This document shows, in pieces, positions 54,679-63,960 of a DNA stretch of 64,000 nucleotides. Position numbers and translations under genes: made by a program. The notes under the pieces are model-generated. The model saw only the letters and a list, made by a program, of their open reading frames with translations. It made no database searches and was not told where the DNA came from. Positions within the stretch are counted from its first letter, which is position 1. Each line of letters begins with the position of its first letter. Location: positions 1 through 64,000 of IMG/VR virus record IMGVR_UViG_3300042934_000980; one strand, written 5' to 3'.

Positions 54679-56327
54679 AAAAAAGCCATGAATGGGTCCA
54701 GCGGGGTGTAACCCAGACGCCGGCTTTGCTCGTTGGCTGAAGAGTGTTCACCGCATTTCGGGCACTGGCTGTTGGCCACCCCCACAAAGGTGTGGGACAT
54801 CAGCGGGGTCTTGTTGAGCACGAAGGCTGAGAACGCTTTGTTCAGCGCAGCGCTCTCCAAGATCACGTCCATCAAACCCTTGTTGAACTCCGTCGAGTCA
54901 TGCTCCGAACGTTTAAGAACAATGTCCTTCTCGTCGGTGTCCGGGGTGGCCACGTTGATGAACGCCCGTACCCAGTGCAGGTATTCGGTAGCGCCCAAGG
55001 TGGCGAGCAGCATGCCCACTTGGGTTTCGAATTCCTGCTGGTCCACGATCTTGCTGCGCAGTTCGGCCAACTGAGGGTTGACACGCCCTGCGTAGTAGTC
55101 GAAGGTTTCAAACGCTTCGGCCAACGACGGCGAACCGATTTCCAGGCAGATCGACTTGTCCTCGTTGTACACCCGGTTGGTGTCTAGGTTGTACGTGGCC
55201 GCCATGATCAGTTCCAGGGTCTCTTCAACGGTGTACTTGGCCTTGCCGTTGAGGAGGTTGGCGTAGATCGCGTAGTCTTCAGGTGTGTGCGCCGAGTGAC
55301 GGATACGCACCATGCGGTCCGGGTCCGAGATCTGGAACTCATGCCAGTCGCACTTGTCCGACAGGCAGCGCAGGTCCAGGTTGATGCCGTTGGCGTGAGT
55401 AGCACGGATCAACGCCATGCACAGCACACCAAAGTCCTTCAACCGGATCACCCGGGCCAACTCGTTGAAGTCAACGATGCCGGTAACGCTGCTGCTGACG
55501 ATACGCGGGGCCAAGAACTCCCACACCGCACGGGCGCCCGCAATGTAAGCCAGCGAGATGCTGTTCTCACCCACTGTACGCACGTAGCCTTTGACGGTCC
55601 GGTTGATGTCAGAGACCAACCCTGCCAGGTCCAGCTTGCTTGGGCGGATGAACGTCAGGTTGGTGTACGAATCACGCAACAGCACGTCGAACTGGAAGTC
55701 GCCCTTTTCAGCCCGGATCGAGGAACGGCGCATCAGCTCAGAAACCGAGAAGCCTTTGGAGCTGTTGCTTGGGCGCTTGCCGACGATGTCCGGGGTGACG
55801 ATCTTGCTGCCCCGGTCAGAGACGTTGGCCACGTCAGGTTCGTTGAGGATCTTTGAACGCACCGCCACGTTGTCCTGGAAGTCTTCAAAGAAACGGTAGA
55901 GGTTGGAGGCCAGGTCTTCCATCTCTTCCAGGGTTTTGTTCGGGTAGCTTTCTTCCAAGTACTGCGACCATTCGTTCTTGGCCACAGCTTGGACACCGTC
56001 ACCCACTTGGCCGGACTTGTACAGGTCCAGCACCGCCTGCTTTTGCAGCCAGCGACCCAGCAGCTTTTGGGCTTGTTCCTGATCGACCCGGGTATTGCCC
56101 AAGAAGAATGGCAGGTAACCCTTGGCGCGGTCTTCGTCGGTGCCTTCACGCAGTTTGGTGTCTTGCACCGGCAACACTTTTTTCATCGGGGTATTGGCGG
56201 GCGTGTGCACGTCGCCGAACGCTGCTTCGGATACTGCAACCGGTTCTGCTGGGGTAGCCGGCGCCGGAGGAACCGAGTTAAGCTCTTCCGAACCTTGTGG
56301 GTTTTCAATGTCACTCATTTCAGACAT
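54603..56327 (-). CDS. Putative tail assembly chaperone / T4 gp26-like hub assembly protein
   Basis: 574 aa; two Cys pairs (CLSDKC, CPKCG) followed by DPFMAFF, as in gp26/TAC-type proteins. Confidence 0.55.
   Translation of the reverse strand: MSEMSDIENPQGSEELNSVPPAPATPAEPVAVSEAAFGDVHTPANTPMKKVLPVQDTKLREGTDEDRAKGYLPFFLGNTRVDQEQAQKLLGRWLQKQAVLDLYKSGQVGDGVQAVAKNEWSQYLEESYPNKTLEEMEDLASNLYRFFEDFQDNVAVRSKILNEPDVANVSDRGSKIVTPDIVGKRPSNSSKGFSVSELMRRSSIRAEKGDFQFDVLLRDSYTNLTFIRPSKLDLAGLVSDINRTVKGYVRTVGENSISLAYIAGARAVWEFLAPRIVSSSVTGIVDFNELARVIRLKDFGVLCMALIRATHANGINLDLRCLSDKCDWHEFQISDPDRMVRIRHSAHTPEDYAIYANLLNGKAKYTVEETLELIMAATYNLDTNRVYNEDKSICLEIGSPSLAEAFETFDYYAGRVNPQLAELRSKIVDQQEFETQVGMLLATLGATEYLHWVRAFINVATPDTDEKDIVLKRSEHDSTEFNKGLMDVILESAALNKAFSAFVLNKTPLMSHTFVGVANSQCPKCGEHSSANEQSRRLGYTPLDPFMAFFTLTQLKMMAQASEAQAARQEAISE
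54678..54684 (-). promoter_or_regulatory. Putative -1 ribosomal frameshift heptamer T TTT TTT
   Basis: ATG GCT TTT TTT ACC in the zero frame, in the correct X XXY YYZ phase. Confidence 0.6.
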
Positions 56328-56329
56328 CC

Positions 56330-57151
56330 TTACTGCGGTTGTTCAGTGGAGACGGCTTCAACGTCTTTGACCAGGTCCGGCTCAACGCTCAGCACCGGGG
56401 TTTCGACCGGGTCCAAAGGCATCGGGTCGGCTGGGGTGTAAGCGTGTTCAGCGGCCGCTTCCTTGGCTTCGAGGAACTGCTCGTGCAAGAAGGTGGCGTA
56501 TTCGGCACCCACACGCAGCATGCGCAGGCCATGCAGTTGTTGCTGGTAGGCGAACATCGGCATGTTGCCGCGGTGTTCGTGAGCGTACTGGTCGATCAGA
56601 TCCTTTTGGGTCTGCAGCATCGCAATCACAGCCGGCTGGGTATCGTTACCGATCTGGGCCAGCACCTGGACCAAGTGCATGTAGACTTCGGAGTAGTCGT
56701 CCGGGGTCTTGCCGGCTTCGATCAGCGTGTTAATCGCGTGAATGTCTTCGCAGATCTGAACGGTGCGCTCGTCGGTGTCCTTCATGACCTGGATGTTTTC
56801 AGGCGTCAGCTCGAAACGCTTTTCCTTGGCCAGGATGTCGAACAGCTCTACGCCGGCGTGCAGTTGCACGATCTGGGGCAGGACGTTGGTGATGTTTTGC
56901 ATCACGACCTTGTTGGTCAGCTCTTCGGCTTCGGTGCCTTGCTTTTTGCGCTTGCGCTTTTCGTGTTCCTGGTACGCAGCAGCCCCCACACCGCCTTGAG
57001 CGATGCTTGCCATCATACGCGCGTCTTCACGACGGCCCAGCAGTTGGGAACTGGCGCTGCGCTCCACGTTGGCCTTTTTCTGCTTTTGCTTGGCTGCGGC
57101 TTTACGCTTGGCCAGCTTCTTGGCCTGTAGTGCAGCGGTTTTAGTTGCCAT
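56330..57151 (-). CDS. Conserved hypothetical protein with basic N-terminus
   Basis: 273 aa; basic segments KKLAKRKAAAKQKQKK and EKRKRKK. Confidence 0.6.
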   Translation of the reverse strand: MATKTAALQAKKLAKRKAAAKQKQKKANVERSASSQLLGRREDARMMASIAQGGVGAAAYQEHEKRKRKKQGTEAEELTNKVVMQNITNVLPQIVQLHAGVELFDILAKEKRFELTPENIQVMKDTDERTVQICEDIHAINTLIEAGKTPDDYSEVYMHLVQVLAQIGNDTQPAVIAMLQTQKDLIDQYAHEHRGNMPMFAYQQQLHGLRMLRVGAEYATFLHEQFLEAKEAAAEHAYTPADPMPLDPVETPVLSVEPDLVKDVEAVSTEQPQ

Positions 57152-57195
57152 ATGCTATGTTTCCCTATTAATGAACAGCCACGGGTATTACCCCA

Positions 57196-58143
57196 ATGAT
57201 TATTGACACTCAAGAAGCGGTATTGGTTAACGAGGATGATGATCTTGCCGCCAGCCTCATGGGGGGTATCTGGGAGGACTTTAAGGCCTCGATCCCCGAG
57301 CCTCAAGCTAAACTATTAGTCAAGGCGTTTAATTTAATTCTCCTCAGCACCCCTGAATCATTTCAGCTGGACGAGGACGGTGACGCCGGCAGCTTTGATA
57401 CGCTGTTGCCCAACATCGTCACGGAAATCTTGGTGGATGACAACACACACATCCCCGAAAAGAAAAATGCGGTGTTTGAGCTCATAACCGGTAATATAAT
57501 CGACACCTTGGTACAAATGGGCTTTACCCTCGATGAAGACGAGGCCATGCCCCAAACATTGCTGGAGATGATCAACATCGGCCAGTTGTTCTTTGACCTG
57601 GACCAGTACCAAGACTTGATCGGGTTGGCTGACCTGCTGGACTCACGCGACATTCCACCCAAGGAACGTTTCCTGTTGTTGATGGAAAAGTACTTGGGCG
57701 AGAACTTTGATTTGGACGTCTATGAACGTCTGATCGTCGACATCAGCGAGATGACCTTGATGGTGATCCGCAATGCCCTGTTGCAAGAAGACAGTGCCGA
57801 AGGGGTGCCCGTTAATATCATTAAGCGCATCGTGGCCAACAAGGCCGCGCTGGAAGACACCTTGGTGTCTGGACACATCCGCAACAACGGTCAGCTGGGT
57901 GGGTCGGTGCACAGCTTTCTGAACTTCTTTAAGCGCGAGCTTGAGGTGTACACCGACAACCCCACCGAAGATAACTTGGTGGCTTATGGTCGGGAAGTGG
58001 CGGCGATCTACTTGGCCAGTGAATTGAACACGCCTATGATCAAGGACGGGTTGATCCGTTACTTAAGCGACATCATCACCGATTACACCGCCATGCTCAA
58101 GATCGAAAAACTCATCAACGCGTTGGTATTGACTGATGACTAA
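57196..58143 (+). CDS. Acidic conserved protein preceding the vRNAP subunit
   Basis: 315 aa; overlaps the next gene by 8 nt. Confidence 0.6.
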   Translation: MIIDTQEAVLVNEDDDLAASLMGGIWEDFKASIPEPQAKLLVKAFNLILLSTPESFQLDEDGDAGSFDTLLPNIVTEILVDDNTHIPEKKNAVFELITGNIIDTLVQMGFTLDEDEAMPQTLLEMINIGQLFFDLDQYQDLIGLADLLDSRDIPPKERFLLLMEKYLGENFDLDVYERLIVDISEMTLMVIRNALLQEDSAEGVPVNIIKRIVANKAALEDTLVSGHIRNNGQLGGSVHSFLNFFKRELEVYTDNPTEDNLVAYGREVAAIYLASELNTPMIKDGLIRYLSDIITDYTAMLKIEKLINALVLTDD

Positions 58144-59434
58144 ACTTGAATTTCTCAAGTGGTGCTTTGACAACCAGGGCTATGGCTTAAAAGCCATGAT
58201 CCAGTCAATCATCACCATCCAGTTTGAAGACGAAGACTCCTCGGGGCAGTTTAAGAAGGTTCCGTACGCAGTCTTTGTAGAAGGCGGGAAGTACTGGGCG
58301 TTGGTGAACGACGAACCGGTGGTAGTGGACGGTGATGTGACTCAGTCGCTGTTTCACATGGACGACATCCTGGAGCTGCCCGGGGACTTTCACCCTTGCC
58401 TGAAGAACAAGGACACCCGCACCACCTTTGGCTTGTTCTTCTTCAACGTGGTGCTCTTCTGGGAGACATGGCATGGGTTGGTGGACTACATCAACCGACC
58501 CTTCACCAAACCTCTGATCGAGGGCATTATCAGCGACCTGATGGTCGATGACCCCAAACCTGGAGAGACGGTCCCGGAAGGCAAGAGCCCGGCCAGTGAG
58601 TGCTTGAAGTTCACCGAGAACTGTTACTTCCTAGAAGGCCTTGGGGCGCACTTTATCAAGCCAGGTGGGGTAGACGTCTTGGTGGTGAGCCCTGCGGTCT
58701 TAAAACGCAAGGCAGAGCTGCTGGAGCTGCACAAGCACGAGCTGAACGACCCGGTGGTGTTCACCGCCATTGTCGATGAGCTGGTGAAGCTGGACGAAGC
58801 TGAAATGCTTAAGGGTCCAAGTAAGAACTTCTTCATTAACAAGAAGTTTATCCACACCGCACGTAAGCGGATGTTCATCGCCTTTGGTATTGAACCCAGT
58901 GCCGATGGGGAAGGCTGGCAAGCCCTGCCTGATTCGTTGGACACAGGGATTGACCCCAAGCACATCGTGGACTACATCAACACCGCCGTGGCTGGTTCTT
59001 ATAGCCGCTCTATGGCGACCGGTGACGGTGGCGCACAGGTGAAGGCGACCCTACGCTTGATTGGTCGTTCCACGGTGGCTGAGGAGGACTGTGGGAGCCC
59101 TAAGGGCGAACCTATCCACATCAACTCCCTCAACAAGAAGCAGTGGGCTGGTTCTTACCAGATCGTGGACGGCAAGGCGGTGTTGCTGACTCAAGAGGCG
59201 TTGGATAAGTTGGTCGGTAAAACCATCAACATCCGCGTCACTGAGTACTGCACTACCAAAGAAGGTAACTACTGCAAAGTCTGCTGTGGTGAAAGCTTGG
59301 GTAAATACGGCACCCGTATCAGTGCTGAGGTGGTATTGATCCCCACCACCTCGATGTTGACGCGAATGAAAGCGGCGCATACCGCAGGAGGGACAATCGT
59401 AAGGTTAAATCTGGCCACGGCTATCCGGACCTGA
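58136..59434 (+). CDS. Virion RNA polymerase beta'-like C-terminal subunit (phiKZ gp80-like)
   Basis: Bridge-helix-like GSYSRSMATGDGG, Zn ligands EEDCGS...YC...YCKVCCG, and trigger-loop-like LTRMKAAH. Confidence 0.85.
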   Translation: MTKLEFLKWCFDNQGYGLKAMIQSIITIQFEDEDSSGQFKKVPYAVFVEGGKYWALVNDEPVVVDGDVTQSLFHMDDILELPGDFHPCLKNKDTRTTFGLFFFNVVLFWETWHGLVDYINRPFTKPLIEGIISDLMVDDPKPGETVPEGKSPASECLKFTENCYFLEGLGAHFIKPGGVDVLVVSPAVLKRKAELLELHKHELNDPVVFTAIVDELVKLDEAEMLKGPSKNFFINKKFIHTARKRMFIAFGIEPSADGEGWQALPDSLDTGIDPKHIVDYINTAVAGSYSRSMATGDGGAQVKATLRLIGRSTVAEEDCGSPKGEPIHINSLNKKQWAGSYQIVDGKAVLLTQEALDKLVGKTINIRVTEYCTTKEGNYCKVCCGESLGKYGTRISAEVVLIPTTSMLTRMKAAHTAGGTIVRLNLATAIRT

Positions 59435-59455
59435 AACAAAAAAATAAAGCATACG

Positions 59456-59486
59456 CCCTACCCACCCCCGAAAGGAGTGGGTAGGG
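59456..59486. terminator. Bidirectional hairpin, CCCTAC family
   Basis: Stem CCCTACCCAC/GTGGGTAGGG flanked by GCATA and TTATGTTTG. Confidence 0.8.
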
Positions 59487-59496
59487 TTATGTTTGA

Positions 59497-59748
59497 TCAG
59501 TGGGTTACCTTGACACCGCGTTTGGAAGAGAGGAACTCGCCTGCGTTTGCTTCGAGCATCATCCTGTCGAACTTACCTTCGGGCATAGCCTTAAGAATTT
59601 CTTGAAAATTCTTAAACGGCTCGCCTGTCTCTGGGTTAAGCCTTGACCCAGTGAAAGTGTTAGCGATTTCTTCACGGCCGTTGCGGGATGACCCCAGGTA
59701 GTGTCGGGACATTGTTTCGATCAAGTGTTCTTTTTGTTGAGGCGTCAT
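59497..59748 (-). CDS. Small hypothetical protein
   Basis: 83 aa; ATGA overlap with the HNH gene. Confidence 0.55.
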   Translation of the reverse strand: MTPQQKEHLIETMSRHYLGSSRNGREEIANTFTGSRLNPETGEPFKNFQEILKAMPEGKFDRMMLEANAGEFLSSKRGVKVTH

Positions 59749-60305
59749 ACCAGTACCCCCACGATGCCTGTGCCCGCTGGTTCTTCTGCGCCGTCACCGG
59801 CTTTAGGTGGCAGCTGCCATTGCAGGTTGCCCAGAGCGTAGTTGCCCTTGTCGCCGTCCAAGTGAATCACTTGCAGCTCTTTGGGGTGTTTGGTGCCCAG
59901 CTCCGGGGGCAGCGGCAGGAAGGCGCAGGCCAGTGCACGGGACAGGATGATGTGCTCGACCTTGTTCTTACCCAAACGCACTTGCACTTCGGGGTAGTCA
60001 GAGGAGTTGATGGTGGGTTCGATCCACTCAGGCTTTTTGCTGTTGCGCAGATTGACCACCCGACCCTTGTTGCTGATGTACCATTTGTACGGGTCGACCT
60101 TGAGGTTGTCGTTCTTGGCGCCCATGTGGGCTTCTTGCTTGTAGTAGGTCAGTGGAACAAAGACTTCGTAGTCCGGCTCATCCACCAAGCGTTCGGTCAA
60201 GTTCACGAACACCAGCTCATTACGAAACGGGAACGGCTGCTGTTGGTATTCCAGATACGCTTCAGCGGTCAGCAGCTCGGCAAGGCCATTGATATCAACA
60301 AGCAT
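59745..60305 (-). CDS. NUMOD4/HNH homing-endonuclease-like protein, probably degenerate
   Basis: Motifs YISNKGRV, RALACAFLP and VIHLDGDKGNYALGNLQW; terminal helix absent. Confidence 0.7.
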   Translation of the reverse strand: MLVDINGLAELLTAEAYLEYQQQPFPFRNELVFVNLTERLVDEPDYEVFVPLTYYKQEAHMGAKNDNLKVDPYKWYISNKGRVVNLRNSKKPEWIEPTINSSDYPEVQVRLGKNKVEHIILSRALACAFLPLPPELGTKHPKELQVIHLDGDKGNYALGNLQWQLPPKAGDGAEEPAGTGIVGVLV

Positions 60306-60342
60306 GGGGGTATTCCTTAAAGTTAAGGGAAAGCGGACATAA

Positions 60343-60366
60343 CCCTACCGTTCGAAAACGGTAGGG
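60343..60366 (-). terminator. UUCG hairpin, CCCTAC family
   Basis: Minus strand reads CCCTACCGTT-TTCG-AACGGTAGGG-TTATG. Confidence 0.75.
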
Positions 60367-60372
60367 AATGTG

Positions 60373-60837
60373 TTAGGCGGCGCCCAAGGTAAACAGAACT
60401 TTGTCACCCAGGTGCGTGGCCGTAAAGCTCATGTTGTTCACAAGCTCTGGGGAGTTGAGCACCGCGCTGATGGTGGCAAGGTCTGCCACATCGTTGACCG
60501 TCCCGATCGATTCCATCGCCGCAAACAACTTCTGGCTGACGTGCTCGTTGAACTCGTCGATGTTGTACTGCGGGGCGTTGGTGTCAACGCCGTTCTTTTC
60601 GTCGTGCTCGATCAGGATCGTCACCAGGTTTTCCACCGAGACCATCAGCTGGGTGTCGGTATCGTCCATGGCTTCTGCCACTTGCTCGTCGAGCGTTTTC
60701 GCACGCGCAGGCACCGGCAGCTCGTTGACCACGTTGATCACCGCTTCGAGCAGGATAAACGCCAGCAGGTCAGGCGAGATATCTGAATACAGCTCTTCTT
60801 GGGTCGAAGGATTCAGTTTGACGATAATACTTTTCAT
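60373..60837 (-). CDS. Hypothetical protein
   Basis: 154 aa, acidic, translationally coupled. Confidence 0.6.
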   Translation of the reverse strand: MKSIIVKLNPSTQEELYSDISPDLLAFILLEAVINVVNELPVPARAKTLDEQVAEAMDDTDTQLMVSVENLVTILIEHDEKNGVDTNAPQYNIDEFNEHVSQKLFAAMESIGTVNDVADLATISAVLNSPELVNNMSFTATHLGDKVLFTLGAA

Positions 60838-61205
60838 GCGGCGTTTGTCTCCGGGATCGTGATCAGCACCATGATGCCATTGACCGTGACGGCGCTGACT
60901 TCGTAGACGTTGCCCGCATACGGCGCCAGCGCTTTGAGGGCGTCGATGTACGGCGGGGTCTTCTCGAACGTCTTGAACGAATTCATGATGTCCCGCGCCG
61001 CGGTCTTGAAGAAGTTTTCCTGCTCATCGGCCGAGCGCAGGGTGGGTGGAATGGTCAAATACTTCTCAACCAGTTCACGGCTGGTGTCGTTGAACTTGTC
61101 ACCGGTCATGATGCACCGGACGCGTTCCTTGGCCAACAGCTGCACCAGGTAGTAGTTGCTGAACTGTTCCACCTGAGGGGTGGGCACAAACAGGGATCGA
61201 ATCAT
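60834..61205 (-). CDS. Hypothetical protein
   Basis: 123 aa; AAGGAG RBS and ATGA overlaps. Confidence 0.6.
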   Translation of the reverse strand: MIRSLFVPTPQVEQFSNYYLVQLLAKERVRCIMTGDKFNDTSRELVEKYLTIPPTLRSADEQENFFKTAARDIMNSFKTFEKTPPYIDALKALAPYAGNVYEVSAVTVNGIMVLITIPETNAA

Positions 61206-61630
61206 TTCTTAACTCCTTCGGCCAGCATGAGCCATTGGTTGCGAAACGCACGAATGACCGTCAGGTGCTGAAGGTCATAGTTTTCGCTGATCGAGTGGAT
61301 GTAGGGTTCGTTACAGGTTCGGAACTTTTCCAAGCAGGCGGCAACCTGATCGGCGTAAACCCGGCGTTGGTGATGGGGGTCTTGCATGAACTCCCACAAC
61401 TCAGGGCCTTGGGCTGTCAGCACGATCTCACCGTCCTCGTCGAACAGCCGATCTTGCAGGTTGTCCCAGTGCCAGAATTCGTTCCCCCAATCCTTAGGGC
61501 CTTCACCGTTAAGGAGCAGGTCAACCAGGGTTTCCTCAACCACTGCCGTAACAACTGTAGGCGCCAGATGGATCTCAGGACACCGCAACAAAAACGTAAA
61601 GTTCTCGCTGTCTTGTGATTTCTTGGTCAT
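61202..61630 (-). CDS. Hypothetical protein
   Basis: 142-aa ORF in the operon. Confidence 0.6.
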   Translation of the reverse strand: MTKKSQDSENFTFLLRCPEIHLAPTVVTAVVEETLVDLLLNGEGPKDWGNEFWHWDNLQDRLFDEDGEIVLTAQGPELWEFMQDPHHQRRVYADQVAACLEKFRTCNEPYIHSISENYDLQHLTVIRAFRNQWLMLAEGVKK

Positions 61631-61659
61631 GGTTGTACTCTTGATAGGGCTGTGCGCCG

Positions 61660-63960
61660 CTACTCCAGCGCACAGTTTGAGTCAATCGTCTTAAACGAAT
61701 GCTTCTTAGGCTCAAAGGCCACTTTTCGTTTTTGGTAATATTCCTTATGCTTGGGCTGGCTGATGCACACGGCAAACACAAACCGCGGACGAACACGCCC
61801 GTCAAACATCTTGAGCACCTTATCCCGCAACCGGCCAATCATTTGTTTATTACGTTGGATGGAAGACACAGTGTGGAAACAGATAACTGTAACCAACCCG
61901 TCGATGTCTTTACCCGTCCCGCAACTGCCCGGAGTGGTGATCACGTTCTCATGCTTGAGGTACTTAAGCTTGTCCGCGTTCTTCCCCTTGGTGTCTTCAC
62001 CGTGGAAGGTGACAAAGTCTTCACCGGGGTAGTCCTTTTGGAACATGCTCAGCATGACGTCGCACATGTTCACCTTGGAGAAGAAGAACAAGCACTTGGT
62101 GCCCGGCTCTCGGACATCGAGGTAATAATCCTCGTACGCCTTCTTAGCCACGTCGTAGTAGAACCGGGTCGTGACCTCGTTCTTAAGGATGCTGTCCTCC
62201 CACGTCAGGTCATTGTAGCTGCCAAACTGCATCGTCTTTAGGTTGTAACGCCTTGGGTTGATGTCGTACAGGTAGGCCACAATGTCGATGTAGTTCTCAG
62301 GCTCCGGCTCTTTCAGGCGGATGTTGACCGGGAACATGATCTTGTAAATCTTGTTGATAAACGGATCGTCTGCCGTCAAGGTTGCCGAGAGCAGCAAGAG
62401 CTTGGGGAAGTTGCCGTACATCAACGAGATGCACACCTGGTGGATGGCCTCATGGCCTTCGTCAATGATCCTGAGGCCGCAACCTAGGCTCTTGTACAGG
62501 GTGTCTAGGTCAGGGGCGTCCGGATCTTTCTTTTCATTGCGCAGGTACACATCGATCCGCGTCATGGTCAGAATAATGATCTTAGGATTCACCGCCCCCG
62601 ACGCCAAAACCCCAGGCAGCCGGCTTAAGTCCTGTTCCCAGAGCAGCACATCCTCAGGTGCAAGCTTAAGGATATCCCCCAGCGCTTTAAGCCACGTGGT
62701 CACGTACCGCGGTTGCACCGTGATCAACGTACGGGTGCCCATTAAGAGCATGGTGCGCAAGGCCATGTAAGTGTTGTGAGTCACCACATAGTCTTTGACC
62801 ACGTACAGCTTGCTTGGGTGCTCCACGGAGATACAGCAGGTCTCCTGAGGCATCCCACGGTTGATGGAAACAATCTTGAGGGCCAAGTCAGGGTTATGAT
62901 GACCACGCGCTTCAGACACCCGCTCAGGGCGTGTGAAGAACATCTCCGGGTATGGGAACTTGATGTACACGTTCGACAAGCGCGGCGTGGAGTTCAGTTC
63001 CGCAATCCCACCCAAACTCCACACCAGTTGCTGCACAAAGCTGGCCGTGCGTGGGTACTCGGTGGTGTAGGTTAAAGTGCCGTCCTGCTCCACGTACCCC
63101 CGGTTGTCCATTAAGCCTTGGAGCAGCTCCAGCCGTTGGACGGTAGAACCTTCCAAGTACTTCTCACTGAGCACTTGGTCTTCGAACCCGACCTTGTACA
63201 TGTTGCGGGCTTCGTTGCGTGGCGCTTTGCGCTCACTGTCCACCAACGGCAGGTAATAGGTCTTGCCCGACTCCACCATCTGTTGCGTGGTCAGGGTGTG
63301 GAACCCACCTTCAGCGGTGCGCACCTCCCACTGATGCTCAGGACAGCAAGTAACGTTACGACCGTCCTCCAAGATGATGATGTAGGTTTCAGTTCGGCCT
63401 TGGGGGTAGACACCGGTGACGTAGGTGTGCGAACCGTCCTGCGTCATCACCAGGTCATCCACCTGCAAGTTGCCGATGGGCACCCAGCCATTGATGGTGC
63501 GCACCGGGGTGTCCACGGCTAAAGCTTTGCCGTAGCCGGTTGAGGCGTTGTTGATCTTGATAGGCCCTGGGGCTAACTGGTAGTTGACCCACTCGTCCTG
63601 ACCTGGGCGGGTGTTTTCATACCCGGGCTGAAACTCAAAGCTTGCAGGTAACCCAAACAGCTCAGGTTCTTCGAACACTTGAATGCGGGTTGGGTTATAG
63701 CCTCGGTGCTGGGCGAAGTCTAAGAACTCCTTGAGCAACGAGGACGGAATGCGGTATTCGGTTTTGTCAAAGTTGGAACGGGCAAAGACGTGGGTCACCT
63801 TCCACGTTGTCTTGTTACGCACACCCGGTACAGGGACCTTACCCACCTTAAAAAGATGAGCTTTGCAAAAGGGCGTGATAACCTGTGCAAGGAACTCCCC
63901 GTAGAACCCAAAGATTCTCAGGTAGTTATGGGCACGGGCAATATGGGCTACATGTCTCAT
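61660..63960 (-). CDS. SF2 (DEAD/UvsW-like) helicase, intein-containing (phiKZ gp75-like)
   Basis: Motif I ASTGYGK|T split by the intein, motif II IIDEGH, motif III LSAT, motif VI QMIGRLR; 515 aa after splicing. Confidence 0.85.
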   Translation of the reverse strand: MRHVAHIARAHNYLRIFGFYGEFLAQVITPFCKAHLFKVGKVPVPGVRNKTTWKVTHVFARSNFDKTEYRIPSSLLKEFLDFAQHRGYNPTRIQVFEEPELFGLPASFEFQPGYENTRPGQDEWVNYQLAPGPIKINNASTGYGKALAVDTPVRTINGWVPIGNLQVDDLVMTQDGSHTYVTGVYPQGRTETYIIILEDGRNVTCCPEHQWEVRTAEGGFHTLTTQQMVESGKTYYLPLVDSERKAPRNEARNMYKVGFEDQVLSEKYLEGSTVQRLELLQGLMDNRGYVEQDGTLTYTTEYPRTASFVQQLVWSLGGIAELNSTPRLSNVYIKFPYPEMFFTRPERVSEARGHHNPDLALKIVSINRGMPQETCCISVEHPSKLYVVKDYVVTHNTYMALRTMLLMGTRTLITVQPRYVTTWLKALGDILKLAPEDVLLWEQDLSRLPGVLASGAVNPKIIILTMTRIDVYLRNEKKDPDAPDLDTLYKSLGCGLRIIDEGHEAIHQVCISLMYGNFPKLLLLSATLTADDPFINKIYKIMFPVNIRLKEPEPENYIDIVAYLYDINPRRYNLKTMQFGSYNDLTWEDSILKNEVTTRFYYDVAKKAYEDYYLDVREPGTKCLFFFSKVNMCDVMLSMFQKDYPGEDFVTFHGEDTKGKNADKLKYLKHENVITTPGSCGTGKDIDGLVTVICFHTVSSIQRNKQMIGRLRDKVLKMFDGRVRPRFVFAVCISQPKHKEYYQKRKVAFEPKKHSFKTIDSNCALE
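62773..63525 (-). mobile_element. Class 3 intein (251 aa) with a remnant LAGLIDADG endonuclease
   Basis: Starts ALAVDTPV; block B TCCPEHQW; block F ETCCISV; ends VVTHN|T; contains RLELLQGLMDNRG. Confidence 0.85.

Noticed and set aside
3133-60366. Hairpin family as CRISPR repeats or IS/REP-RAYT ends
   Set aside because: Copies are dispersed singly at gene ends with no spacers, transposase or target duplications, and GTAG is on the wrong side of the stem for canonical REPs.
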